Below, one piece after another: positions 1 to 11,262 of a stretch of DNA of 64,000 bases. The first letter of the stretch is position 1, and every line of letters starts with the position of its first letter. Source of the stretch: Lingula anatina (Eukaryota > Animalia > Brachiopoda); assembly GCA_051362555.1 (NCBI GenBank), contig CM120643.1, positions 8,122,001 through 8,186,000 of the forward strand, in the 5' to 3' direction. The notes below the pieces were generated by a model that saw only the letters and a list, made by a program, of their open reading frames with translations, was not told the DNA's origin and searched no databases. The position numbers were made by a program, and so were the translations under genes.

Positions 1-985
1 TTGCTGGGGGGAATGCATTAAGACATGGAACAGCCATTAATATAGGTAATAAAAATTTCATGAATAGCTATAAAGGTGGGACTCAGTCCAATTCTCATCT
101 CACAAAAGTGGTCATAAATTTGGTTAAAAATGATTTTCTCCAAGAGAATATTTGAGCTTTAGTAGAGTACAGCGTTTATTTGCAGATATAAGGGTTTTAT
201 ATAAATCATGAAATCAAGTGCAGATTTACCCTAGGTTTTAATTGTCCAGTTCAAAGGTCTATTTTCACTAATCTGGTTTTGAGGTAATTAATAATTGTAA
301 GAAATCAATGTTATTTTTAACTAAAGCAATGCTCTATGATATGCAAATAGATATATTTCTATGTCAGTCTAATGCAGAATAAGTTCACTATCTATTTATA
401 TACTATTAAAAAAAACCTTTACCAAGAGTGTTCTCAACTAGTTATGCGCCACTATTACAACAATAATCCTAATATTATGAGTCACTGCATGACACAAGAA
501 AAACATTACTCAGAAAAGAGATTATCAATGATTAAAAAAAAAAAAGCATTTGAGACGGAAATGCCTAAATGTCAAACAGACCTAACCCAGAGAAAGAGTG
601 CAGCATTGCAGGAAATAACACAAGTAGTAGTCATGGTAACCAAGTTGCTATGGTGACACCTACAGAAAGGCTGGTGACAAACTAGTAGTCTTTCAATTGA
701 TGTCATGTGCACACAAAGTTTTGCTTCCTTCAAATATATTTATCACGCAGCATAAGAAATCTTGATTTAGGAATCTATTTATATTTCAACAACAAATGGG
801 CCACAAATATGGCTGAAAGGCTCAAGATGATAAAATCCAGGTAAACTTAAAAGACAAATACATTGCTTCTATATTAACTTCGCATAAAAGTGCACTTTCC
901 TTTCTGAAAGATATGTTCACAAAAAACACAAAAAAAAAAAAAAAAAAAAAAAACAAATCATCTCATTTTGTTTTGATAGAACTTA

Positions 986-1601
986 GACTGGGTTTCCATA
1001 CCTAAATCGACCTAACAGGATCAGTCCAGACATGCTGAAACTGTCGGTCCGATCAGTCATGTCTGGCAAAATTTGTCTGGACCAGTAAAAAATTGGACTT
1101 AGTCGGTCCAAAGGACCAACAAGAGTTTTAAGAGCCACCATTTTGAATTTACAGTCATCATTCCACATAATTCACTAAAAAATTATATAAAGCCCAAAGC
1201 ATTTTTTCAATCCATTTCAACCTACCACATTCACAAATAAAGTAAGCTACCTAATCCTAGTATTCGTCTAAAAAAAAAAGGGTGATTTTCGGTCTGGCAA
1301 AAATCCATTCTGTCCGGCAAATTTTTCATTACTGCCGGTCCAAATGTCCAGCCATTATGAAAAGTTTTCAGCATGTCTGCAGTCAATCTCCAAGGGGTTT
1401 TCTCGCTAAATTGCTTTTAGCTTAAAGTACTTAGATGTCTGGCACACCTACTGAAGCTGCTCAACGAGAGTTAAACACCCTCTATCAGTTTCAGTAGGCA
1501 TGACAGACATCCAAGCCGCATTGGTTGATTGCAATTTAATGAGAATCCCCTGGGAGATAGACTGATCCAAAGTTAGTACGATAAGGCCTGGGAATGGTCT
1601 C
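986..1601. mobile_element. Palindromic MITE (family A, PIF/Harbinger-like) interrupted by a nested insertion
   Basis: Homologous to 36657-36886 (gactgggtttccatac...ctgggaatggtc) and has internal inverted arms. Confidence 0.75.
1027..1379. mobile_element. Nested non-autonomous DNA transposon with CAG termini and a 5-bp TSD (hAT5-like)
   Basis: TIR cagacatgctgaaa / tttcagcatgtctg. CAGTC is duplicated at 1022-1026 and 1380-1384. Confidence 0.85.
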
Positions 1602-1627
1602 TATGAGCCACAACTTGGGGGACCTAC

Positions 1628-1750
1628 CGTTGGCACTGAAAGCTTGACTTTCTCTTTGATCATGTAATTTCGGTTGCTCAGCAAATAGTCATGGAAACCT
1701 TGGGGTGCCTTAGGCTGAACAACAAACATGTGTTCTCTTCGTTTGGCAAT
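1628..1750 (-). CDS. ANKRD11: ANKRD11/12 homolog exon, C-terminal domain (IAKRREHMFVVQPKAPQGFHDYLLSNRNYMIKEKVKLSVPT); gene continues beyond the window start
   Basis: Acceptor TCTCTCTCAG, donor ACG|GTAGGT, phase 0-0. Resembles the ANKRD11 PQAPQCYAEY segment. Confidence 0.92.
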
Positions 1751-2103
1751 CTGAGAGAGAAATAAAAAAAAATACAAACTTGTCAAATCTATCATGTCAA
1801 ACTAAGGTGACTTTATTCTAATCTTAACCTTATGTTTTATTTATTATAAAGTAATGACATTTCTTTATCTAGGTTAATTAATGTAAATCTTCCAGTCTCA
1901 CTTTAAAAAAAAAAAAAAAAAACCTTATCATATTGTGAACATCTGTAAGTTTGTGAACCTGCGTGTCCATCTTTCTATAGCAGTAATCAAACAGTATTGA
2001 ATATGATTTCTATATGTTTTCACATTTTAATAGATTAACCAGAGCAGTTGAATTTTCAGTGATGTCATCTAATAAGAAAGACATTATCTCCCTCCCAACC
2101 CTT

Positions 2104-2432
2104 AAGCACCAAAAAATCTATTACCCTGGATTTGAGTTGATTTACCTTGATCTTTTTCCCAGTGAAAAAAATATAAATAAATAAATTTTATAAGTCTTAC
2201 CACATCGAGTAAAAAGGAAAATATTGCATTATATTGCATTCTAAATACCATAATTCCTACCCGTTTTCTAATCTGTAAATAAAGCACCAAAACATCCCAA
2301 GTTTCAGTTGCTTTACCTTGGTCTTTTTCAAAGTGAAAAAAAAATCACAGAAGTCTTACTACATAAGTAAAAAGGAAAACATTCCATTTAAATATAATGA
2401 TCCCTACCTGTTTTCTAATTTGTAGATAAAGC
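2104..2432. repeat. Tandem duplication (~150-180 bp units) covering an exon 3' end and its splice donor
   Basis: 2104-2281 aligns to 2282-2432. The copy encodes LYLQIRKR|GTAGG versus LYLQIRKQ|GTAGG in the real exon. Confidence 0.85.
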
Positions 2433-2601
2433 TGGTATGGATTCACTGGCTTCTCCATGGAGGTGGGAGGGGGGATGGCCACCGGTTCCGTCTGGGGTGG
2501 GGGATCGGGGCGGGGCCGTAATTTTCTCTTTCTGGGGTGGATGTATTCTATCTCAGACTTGGACTGGTTGTCTTGGGAACTGCTGTCACCGTTCTGAGAT
2601 G
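2408..2601 (-). CDS. ANKRD11: ANKRD11/12 homolog exon (HPRKRK...NPYQLYLQIRKQ)
   Basis: Acceptor TTTCCTGCAG, donor CAG|GTAGGG, phase 1-0. Resembles ANKRD11 HPRKR and NPYxxYLQIRK. Confidence 0.93.
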
Positions 2602-2725
2602 CTGCAGGAAAGAAAATGAGATAATGTGTTAGATCTTTGTTCAATCTTTAAAGCTAAAAGGGGTGAATATCTGAAGCTTAAATATTCCTTGATCCATATT
2701 AGAGAGAGAGACATTGTTATCTGCT

Positions 2726-2729
<4 letters not shown>

Positions 2730-2800
<71 letters not shown>
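2730..2800. repeat. (GA)n microsatellite
   Basis: Direct reading. Confidence 0.95.
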
Positions 2801-2806
<6 letters not shown>

Positions 2807-4301
2807 AAGGGTCTCTGCTACTTTTTGCCAAAGGAAATGAAAAACCAGCTGCCATTAAATTATACTCCACATCGCCATTTTGAAAACTGATAAATCTAGA
2901 ATAAGTAGGTGTAGCTGAATTCGATGCTGAGAAAATAAAAACTACTGCATAGACAGTTGCCATTTAAACTACGCAAATGTCAGAATCTGTTTGCACTTTA
3001 CATAGGAAATTCTACTGGTTCAGTAACTTGAAGGCGGTCAGGTCATATGAAAGACTTGCCCTGCTAATATGGGCTATACATTTCATAGCCACTATAGAAG
3101 AGGATGTGAAGAAGAAATTTAAAGACTCAACTTGCTGTAGGATATTCTCTATATATAAAAAAGGTCACCTTGTATATGCAATTTGTACAAACCAGGCCTT
3201 CAATTATATCATCAAGACTCACTTCAATATTCCTCTCTTGCAGAAAATCAAAAGAGCAAATCATTTTCTAATGGCTACTCTACAGAAAGTTATGACCTAG
3301 ACTGTACACTGCACTAATATTGTTCTATATTAGGACGATTAGATCTGTCCTTGTCAGGTGAAAAACAACACAACACGCACATTTCCTGTATCTCAACGGC
3401 ATCACAAACATCTGTCTTGAGAATAAGAAGAGATGGACATATTTCAGAGCCAAAAGAAAGGAAATACCGATCTAAATAAATTTTTATATTTTTCTAAATA
3501 ACAAATAGGTATGTGACACCATTGACGTAAGGCCAATATGTCTTGAAATATTTCAAACAGTAAAGCAAAATGATGTAATTTCCCAACCACGATCTCTATC
3601 ACAATATTAATTCAGATTTCTTTCCAAGTATCTTCTGCTAGTAATCGATATAACAAGTTTCACAATGCTCTCACTTAAAGCTGTAATTCAGTTGCCTCGG
3701 AGTTGGTTCTCTGATTAAATTTTACTGCGATAATCATTGCTCACCCTTCATTCCAACGACAACTGGAAAAATAACCGGAACCACTGTAAAACACCTCTCT
3801 TTCAATTTTAAGAAGAAATTTCTGTCTGACAACTCTTCTCACATTTTTTCTGCTGCTCAGTTCGTCTAGTTCGCCATAGTATACACACATCGATTAATTC
3901 TCCATGAAGTCTTGTTGCCATGGAAACTGATTTGCAATTGATAGGAACTGCTGTGTCCTTTCACTTTTGATCTTTTCGTTCATTATATCTTATTACCACA
4001 CAGAACAGTGTGAAACTTAATTGCCACTACCACAACTGTGTAAGGAAGGTTATCTTTTTTATGACTTATTATTTCTGAAACACTTCCCATTTACATTACA
4101 GGTAGGAGAAGAAAAAAATTAAGAGAAATTTTGATTGTCTAAATAATTGCCTTTTTGTAATTATTTAAGTAGATAGTAAGACTCATCTACACTGAACAGT
4201 TTTATTATGTTACAGCATATACAACAATTTTGTCAGTTTTACATCAACTTACAGTCAATTATGAGTCATAATTTCAATCTTTTTTTCTGCTTTGGCTATT
4301 G

Positions 4302-4342
4302 AGAGGCCAATCTGTGTGTGTGTGTGTTTGTGTGTATGTCTG

Positions 4343-4376
<34 letters not shown>

Positions 4377-4379
4377 TGT

Positions 4380-4423
<44 letters not shown>

Positions 4424-4454
4424 CACAAACACACACACACACAGATTGGCCTCT
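4302..4454. repeat. Compound microsatellite arranged as an inverted repeat
   Basis: agaggccaatctgtgtgtgtgtgtgtttgtgtgt... is mirrored by ...acacacaaacacacacacacacagattggcctct. Confidence 0.85.
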
Positions 4455-5145
4455 TATTAAAACCCCCGCCTACAGTAATATCACTTAGTTCAGGCAAAAA
4501 CAGCCAAGCTGTGCATCGTTCTAATGAGGTAGAAGATCCCTCCATTGAAGCTGATACTGAAAACTCCACTTTTAAATTACAGAGGCTAGACAAAACAGGG
4601 CATGTAGTGCATATAGCTCTGTGAACATCTGCAGTCTGTAGTCTTCCGAGGATTTCATTCACACCACAAACTAATGTGTTACCTAAGCTTTCAGGGAAAC
4701 TCATTTCCACCATCCACTAATGATTTCTTCAGAATGGATCATGAAAAAAATCCTTAAGTAACCTTTCCTATTTTGTGTGAAATAAGACATTCCATGTGGG
4801 AGGAAAAAAATAAACAGAATGAGGTCATATTACAAAGAACATCCTTAGTTTTACCGCCTACCTTCATATGAAACACCTTTCCTCTTAAAATCTTAGGAAA
4901 ACTGGATATGTAACTGTAATTTTGAGTATTTATCAAAAGGGAAACAGGGGTCAAATTTCAAATATACAGAGAAAAAAAAATCTTTATAATTTTAATCAAT
5001 AAGGATGCAAAAAAGTGATATCTTTTTTCAACAGCTGTATACACTGAGGGAACTCTATGTGGATGTATCATGGACATGATATTAAATACTGAAAATGATT
5101 AAATAAATAAATCTAGAAAAACATTCAATACTGTGAATTTCTTAC

Positions 5146-7389
5146 CCTGTGATGGTTTCTCATTCTGCTGCTGCTGTTGTTGCTGCTGCTGCTGCTGTTG
5201 AGCTGCCGTATGTGACCTCAGTGTCCTTGTGGGCTTAATGTCTTCCGCCTCCTCCTCCTTGTTGTTATTATCCTTACTGGTCCCTTCTTTCTCTTTTTCC
5301 TTGCCCTTACTGTCCTCTTTTTCACTCTTTCTGCTCCCCTCGCTCTTAACAGAGCCAGAGTCGCCCGATTTGGCGGAGTTTCCATCTTTATCTTTGTCCC
5401 TCTTGGAACGAGTGTTGGTAGTGGTAAGATTTGTCCCAGAGATGGCCGTGTTGGAAACCACACATGGAGTAATCTCCATGTCTTTTTCAGTCCTTGAAGT
5501 TGTACTAGAAGTAGATGTAGTTGTGATAGTAGGGGCTGTTCTTGGCTGCTGTAGCTGCTTTTCTGTTCCTTCAGGATTAACCTCAGCTGATGACTCAGGG
5601 CCGCCCACTATATAGATTGAGGATGTGGGGGAGTTTCTTGTCACAGGCTGTGACAGAAGTTGCTGTTGTTCTTTCTGATGATGTTGTTGTTGTTGTTGTA
5701 GCTGCTGCATGGATTGGTCTACATGTACTGTTGCTGTTGTCGTTGTCGTGTTGTTCCCTGCCCCCTGACTACCTGACACAGGTGCGGTGACATTAATAGT
5801 CTCGCCGGCTGCCTCGTCAATCTCCATTGACTCCTGCGTAGGGTTAACTACGTACGGCAGAAACGGTTTACTCAGAAGGCGTTTCAGATCACCCTCTCCA
5901 CCCGATGCAGGCGGAGTCTTTTGGGGAATGATGATTTTCAATGGGGGTACTTTTAACTTGGGCGAGTCTTTATCTGAAGAACTTTTTGGGGAATTTCTGT
6001 CGCTTCTTGGAGAAGAGCCAGTGGGCGAGGTTGACATGGCCTCTTTTGTAATATTGTCCAATTTTGGTGAAACTCGGTTTCCTTTTTCAGTTGGCGATGA
6101 GAGTTTTCGATTTTCAGCTTTAACTGATGGAGACGTGCTCCTAGACATTTCTGTCGAAGGAGGCGAGGAATTTTTACGTCCATCTTGCTGCTGTTCTGAA
6201 ATCCTCTCTGATGGAGATATCTGAAGATGTAAGGGTGAGAGGTTTCTATGTTTTTCACTTGTACTGTCAGGTAGGAATTTATCCTTTGGCGAACTTCCCT
6301 TGTACTTATCACTTTCTCTCATATTTCTTTCTTTAGTCCGACTACTTTCTGTAGTTCCGAAAGAACCTGATCTTCCTCTAGAATCATTCTTAATCGCTCT
6401 ACTCACTACAGCTTCTGATTTTTCAACCTTGCTGACCTTAGTTGCAACTGAGGTGCCACCAAGTTCTGATTTATCATGAAGTTTGTTTTTACTACTAATA
6501 CTTGATGAATCAACTGTTTTCTCAGTTTTAAAAGTTTTAAAGAAGCCAGCTTGCTCACGCTCAGCCTTATTATTGAGGAAACCCACCTCTGATTTCTTAT
6601 CATTATTTCCTATTGAATGTGGAATGTATAAATCGGCCATATTTGAAGATGAGGACTCCGCCTGATGTTGAGGCGGCTGTTGCTGATGATAAGAAGACGA
6701 AGCGTCTTTCTCACGAGAGTCACGCATTGAACTTCTCATTTTTTCCAGACTAGTCAATTCCTCGGTATCACTTATATCCTCAAATTCTGGTGCGTAAGGA
6801 TCCTTTTCTGGCTGCTGCTGCTGATGTTGCTGCGACTGTATTTGTCGACTGTGTGAAAATAATCCCATTCTTTCATGAATAGTTGGTTTCATTTCCTTTG
6901 CAGGGTAGTCCTTGTTCACAAGTGGATTAAATGCTACTGGACCTCCAGCAGAGTCTTTACTCTGGCCAAAAGATGGTGCTGCTTTGGTCTCAGAGCCGTG
7001 ACGAGCCATGGCCGCCATAGAAAGTCTACTAGTGTCTTTATGATGGATTTTCCCATACGAGTCCCTATTAGTTACATTTGACGTGGGGTCTTTAGAAGAA
7101 GAAGAAGAAGAAGAGACAATATCCAGATGTGGATTGTACAAGTCACTGTCTGAACTAGATGATCGTGACACCCTCCTTTTGGCTGGTGACACTTTGCCAG
7201 AGACCCCCGTCAGTTTTCTCTCCTCTCCTCCTTCCTCACCCATGTCCATTTTGACGCTGTACGACATATCACCTTTGCTTTTTATGTGTTGGAATTTTAG
7301 CGTTAACCTCGGGGAGGATTTATCAAAGAGTCTGTTTTGTTTGGCTGCCAAGTGGGAATCTGGTCCATTATTTTCATATGTGTCCAGAC
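5146..7389 (-). CDS. ANKRD11: ANKRD11/12 homolog large central exon (2244 nt; S/K/E-rich, polyQ, polyT, KVPPLKIIIP)
   Basis: Lies within the 774-aa ORF. Acceptor TTTCTTTTCAG, donor CAG G|GTAAGA, phase 1-1. A giant central exon is typical of the family. Confidence 0.93.
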
Positions 7390-7514
7390 CTGAAAAGAAA
7401 CACAGTCTCTTGTCAGGAATCAATCAAGTAGATTGGTGATCACTGATAGCTCTAATACAAATTTTGTGTTTGCCCTTTACTTTTATTTTTCAGAACTACC
7501 AGCTTTATGTAAAA

Positions 7515-7516
<2 letters not shown>

Positions 7517-7595
<79 letters not shown>
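7517..7595. repeat. (GT)n(GA)n microsatellite
   Basis: Direct reading. Confidence 0.95.
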
Positions 7596-7598
<3 letters not shown>

Positions 7599-7680
7599 GA
7601 GGGGTAAAGAGAGTGAAAATCATTCGCTTCCAAGAATAAATGGACATTAAAATATGAAATATCTAGGGTAAAAAATTTAC

Positions 7681-7885
7681 CAATATGATCTTCCTTATCT
7701 GAAGTGACACTTTCTGGTGAAGTAGGAGACCTTATTTCAAGACTCGAACTGTCGCTGCTCGAAGCAATTATTTCCTTCTGTAGAATTTGTAAGATCTCTG
7801 GTGCTGCAGCGACATCTATTGGCCGTTTTCCATGTGTGTTCGGCTGCAGCGGATTGGCACCGTGTCGTATGAGCAACTCTACCAG
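7681..7885 (-). CDS. ANKRD11: ANKRD11/12 homolog exon, end of ankyrin domain plus Ser-rich linker (LVELLIRHGANPLQPNTHGKRPIDVA...)
   Basis: Acceptor TTCTTTCAG, donor G|GTAAAT, phase 0-1. Continues the ankyrin consensus. Confidence 0.95.
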
Positions 7886-8723
7886 CTGAAAGAATATATA
7901 AATGGATATAAAGAATATAGAAACGTATAAGAAAGTGTCCCACCTATCTACACTCAAGTCATATCAATCAAAAAGAGTTTTCTATGTGACCGATTTGTAC
8001 TGCCATGTTCTCTTTAACAGCGTATTGCACTTTAGTTCTGATTAAATGCCTCATTTATTTTCTGTTATTTAATCTGGGTAAAAAAAAAAAGCTTAACCTT
8101 TCAAAGATTTGTCTATCTCTCATTCTCTTTTGTAAGCAACAATGATCACATGAAAACCAATCTAAAATCAATTTTGGGGACAGAAAATGCTACGGATAAC
8201 CAGATGTCAGTTTTGCTTTATTTCCTTTTTATGACAACTGTCACTTAAAATTTTTAAACTGCAATTAGTCAGTTCTCTGTAAAATCTATTGAAAGACTGT
8301 CCTTGAATATACTGAATATGTTTATCAAATGTCACAAATCCATATATCCATAAAAGACAATTAAAATTAGCAACTTGTGTTTCCTTCCAAAATATCTCAT
8401 TTTCATACTTCCATCTAGAATTTTAGATTTTTCATGTAACCAATGCACATATATAAATAGCAAATTTTCAATAAATTCGGAATAAATTCTTACTACCAAT
8501 TTCCACCTAGAATTACTTGAGTATCAGGATTACTCGTCAGAGTACCCAGTTGTAAATGCCGACTATATTTATCACAATAGGAGCCCTCAGAGAAAAACCA
8601 ACAAGACATGCATTCAAGAGTTTAAAATAACTAGATTTCACAGCCCCTGTTCGTATTTATAGCTAATACTTTTCCATAATTTACAGTTTGTTCGACGTAC
8701 AATCAGTTGACAATCTAATCTAG

Positions 8724-9269
8724 GAGCGCATTCTCAACGAATTAAGCCAGGCTTTACAAAGCCGGTGACCTAAAAATGGCGGCCGTACATGAAAGAAAAA
8801 CCGCCTAATCTTTTAATAGTCTCTCCGCCTCTCACACGCCTCCCCACACGTCGTCCCTGCGGGGTACAGTAATTAAATCTCGGCTCCGAACATTAATATT
8901 TCCGTGAATATCTCTGGTGATATTATCTCCGTAGAAAGTCGATTCATTGCTGCTCTACGGGCCAAATTATTCCTTTTTCGTCTCTGTTTTCAAAGATAAT
9001 AGAACAGAAGAACCTTTTTCCTTCGATCGCCTTCAGCCGCCATGCTTTCTTCACCAAGAGTTTAACTGATGAGCATGCGCACTTAATATTTCTCAGGTAG
9101 CTTCCGCATGGCGAACGGAGACGCGATTTAATAACTGTACCCCGCAGGGACGACGTGTGGGGAGGCGGAGAGACTATTAAAAGATTAGGCGGTTTTTCTT
9201 TCATGTACGTCCGCCATTTTTAGGTCACCGGCTTTGTAAAGCCTGGCTTAATTCGTTGAGAATGCGCTC
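8724..9269. mobile_element. Non-autonomous DNA transposon with ~160-bp TIRs, probably a PIF/Harbinger deletion derivative
   Basis: Near-perfect long TIRs gagcgcattctcaacgaattaagccagg... / ...cctggcttaattcgttgagaatgcgctc. CpG-rich, with a broken minus-strand ORF start inside. TSD not resolved. Confidence 0.85.
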
Positions 9270-10374
9270 AAAGACACCTACTGCGAAACTATAGGTTTTC
9301 TTTGTTATAAATTTTGAAAGTATCTTAATTCTTTTCCAAGAAATTCTTATCAAGGTGAGATATCATGCAAGAAGTTATTTTTCCCTGGGTAGGAGGTTAA
9401 AATGTGTACCTAAGGAAAATGCTACAGGGTCTATTTTAAATGCATCTATTTGGTGACTTCGTAAATGGAAAAATCCCAGGTAAGTATATACACACCAGTT
9501 CCTCGAACAAAAGACGTGGATCAATACTAATCTCTGAGCTGGAAGATCATAGTCTCATGAGATAGTAGTAATTTCTCACAAATTTCAAACACTTCGCCAA
9601 TTCCAACATTTCATTTTTTCCCTTCTTAACTAAATCAATTTTAGTAAATCACCAGAGCAAAGTGCCTAAAAAGATCTCAATTCTGAACTTTTAAATTGTA
9701 TTTTAAAGGTGCACATGATATACAAGCACAGTTTAAGGAAGTACGTATGCTTCATCAGTTTTGTTTGGATTTACTGAGTAACTACCATATCATGTCAACA
9801 ATATCTCATGTCATTCTTATGATTCAGCTTCTAGTATGGTTTCTGTTTTTATTCCCAACAGTTACAGTAAAGCTATCACTTATCCATCAAGGGAAATCCC
9901 TGGCACTAAGAGCTGTAGCGCAATGTACAGCCCTCTCTTTCAAACAAAAACTTGGGTTTGGGCCACTGATTTGATATTGAAGATGACTCCAATATCTGAG
10001 CCAAAACGGTGAAACATTGGCTGAATTGATTATTTCTGTGGGGTTTGCTTCAACATTCACCACTGATGAGAGACACTGAGATTGAAAGATTCTCTCAGTT
10101 CCAGGAAAGTAATATCAGGAGATAATATAAACAATACATAAAAACATTTATTATGTTATACATTAAGTTAATGGGAGGTGATGAAACAGCTTTATGAAAC
10201 TTATTACTTCATAATGTACAATAATAGGAATAAATTCCACTGAAGCCTACATCTTCTCAAAATAGAAGATAAATGGCATTAACAGTTGCACAATAATTTA
10301 ACATCAATAAATTTAAACACACCCACTATAAAAACACTACATTGCTACTTAAACATCGTATTTTTACGAATTCA

Positions 10375-10776
<402 letters not shown>

Positions 10777-11163
10777 CTACTACATTAATAATAACCCACA
10801 AGACAGTGCAACACAGACAACAACTTGTACAAGTATGTATTATTCAGCATATTCCTATAACCAGATGTAACTAGCAGACTTCACCTGGCATTTCACGGAA
10901 GCCAGGTAACTAGTATGACAGCTGCCGCATGAACAAATCCCAGAAATTATTTGCCACCAGAGAAAGCAGCGCTGTATAATTAAACTTAATTGCAGCAGCC
11001 CCAGAGAACTGATTTCATCTACACATGCCAGTTGTGCATTCTGGTGTGAGATGATAGCAGGCAGTGTTGTTTCTATACACTAGGTCATATATCAAAGAGG
11101 GTAATATAGAAAGTATGCATTCTGCATACAGGTCCATACTATATTAATCTTTCTCTCTGTCGC

Positions 11164-11202
11164 ATGCGCACACAGACACACACACACACATCCGTGCGCG
11201 CG

Positions 11203-11250
<48 letters not shown>

Positions 11251-11262
11251 GACAGACAGACT
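11164..11262. repeat. (CA)n/(CG)n alternating purine-pyrimidine microsatellite
   Basis: Direct reading. A similar tract lies at 42548-42605. Confidence 0.9.

Noticed and set aside
1-980. Next C-terminal ANKRD11/12 exon, and ORF 372-656
   Set aside because: I found no PPPSL...ELF-like segment on the minus strand. The plus ORF is AT-rich with no similarity to anything I recognise.
2626-4713. ORFs with ER, SL, TH and CV runs (also near 11100, 33000 and 42550)
   Set aside because: They are translations of dinucleotide microsatellites.
5229-7439. Several plus-strand ORFs overlapping the large exon
   Set aside because: These are antisense shadows of low-complexity coding sequence.
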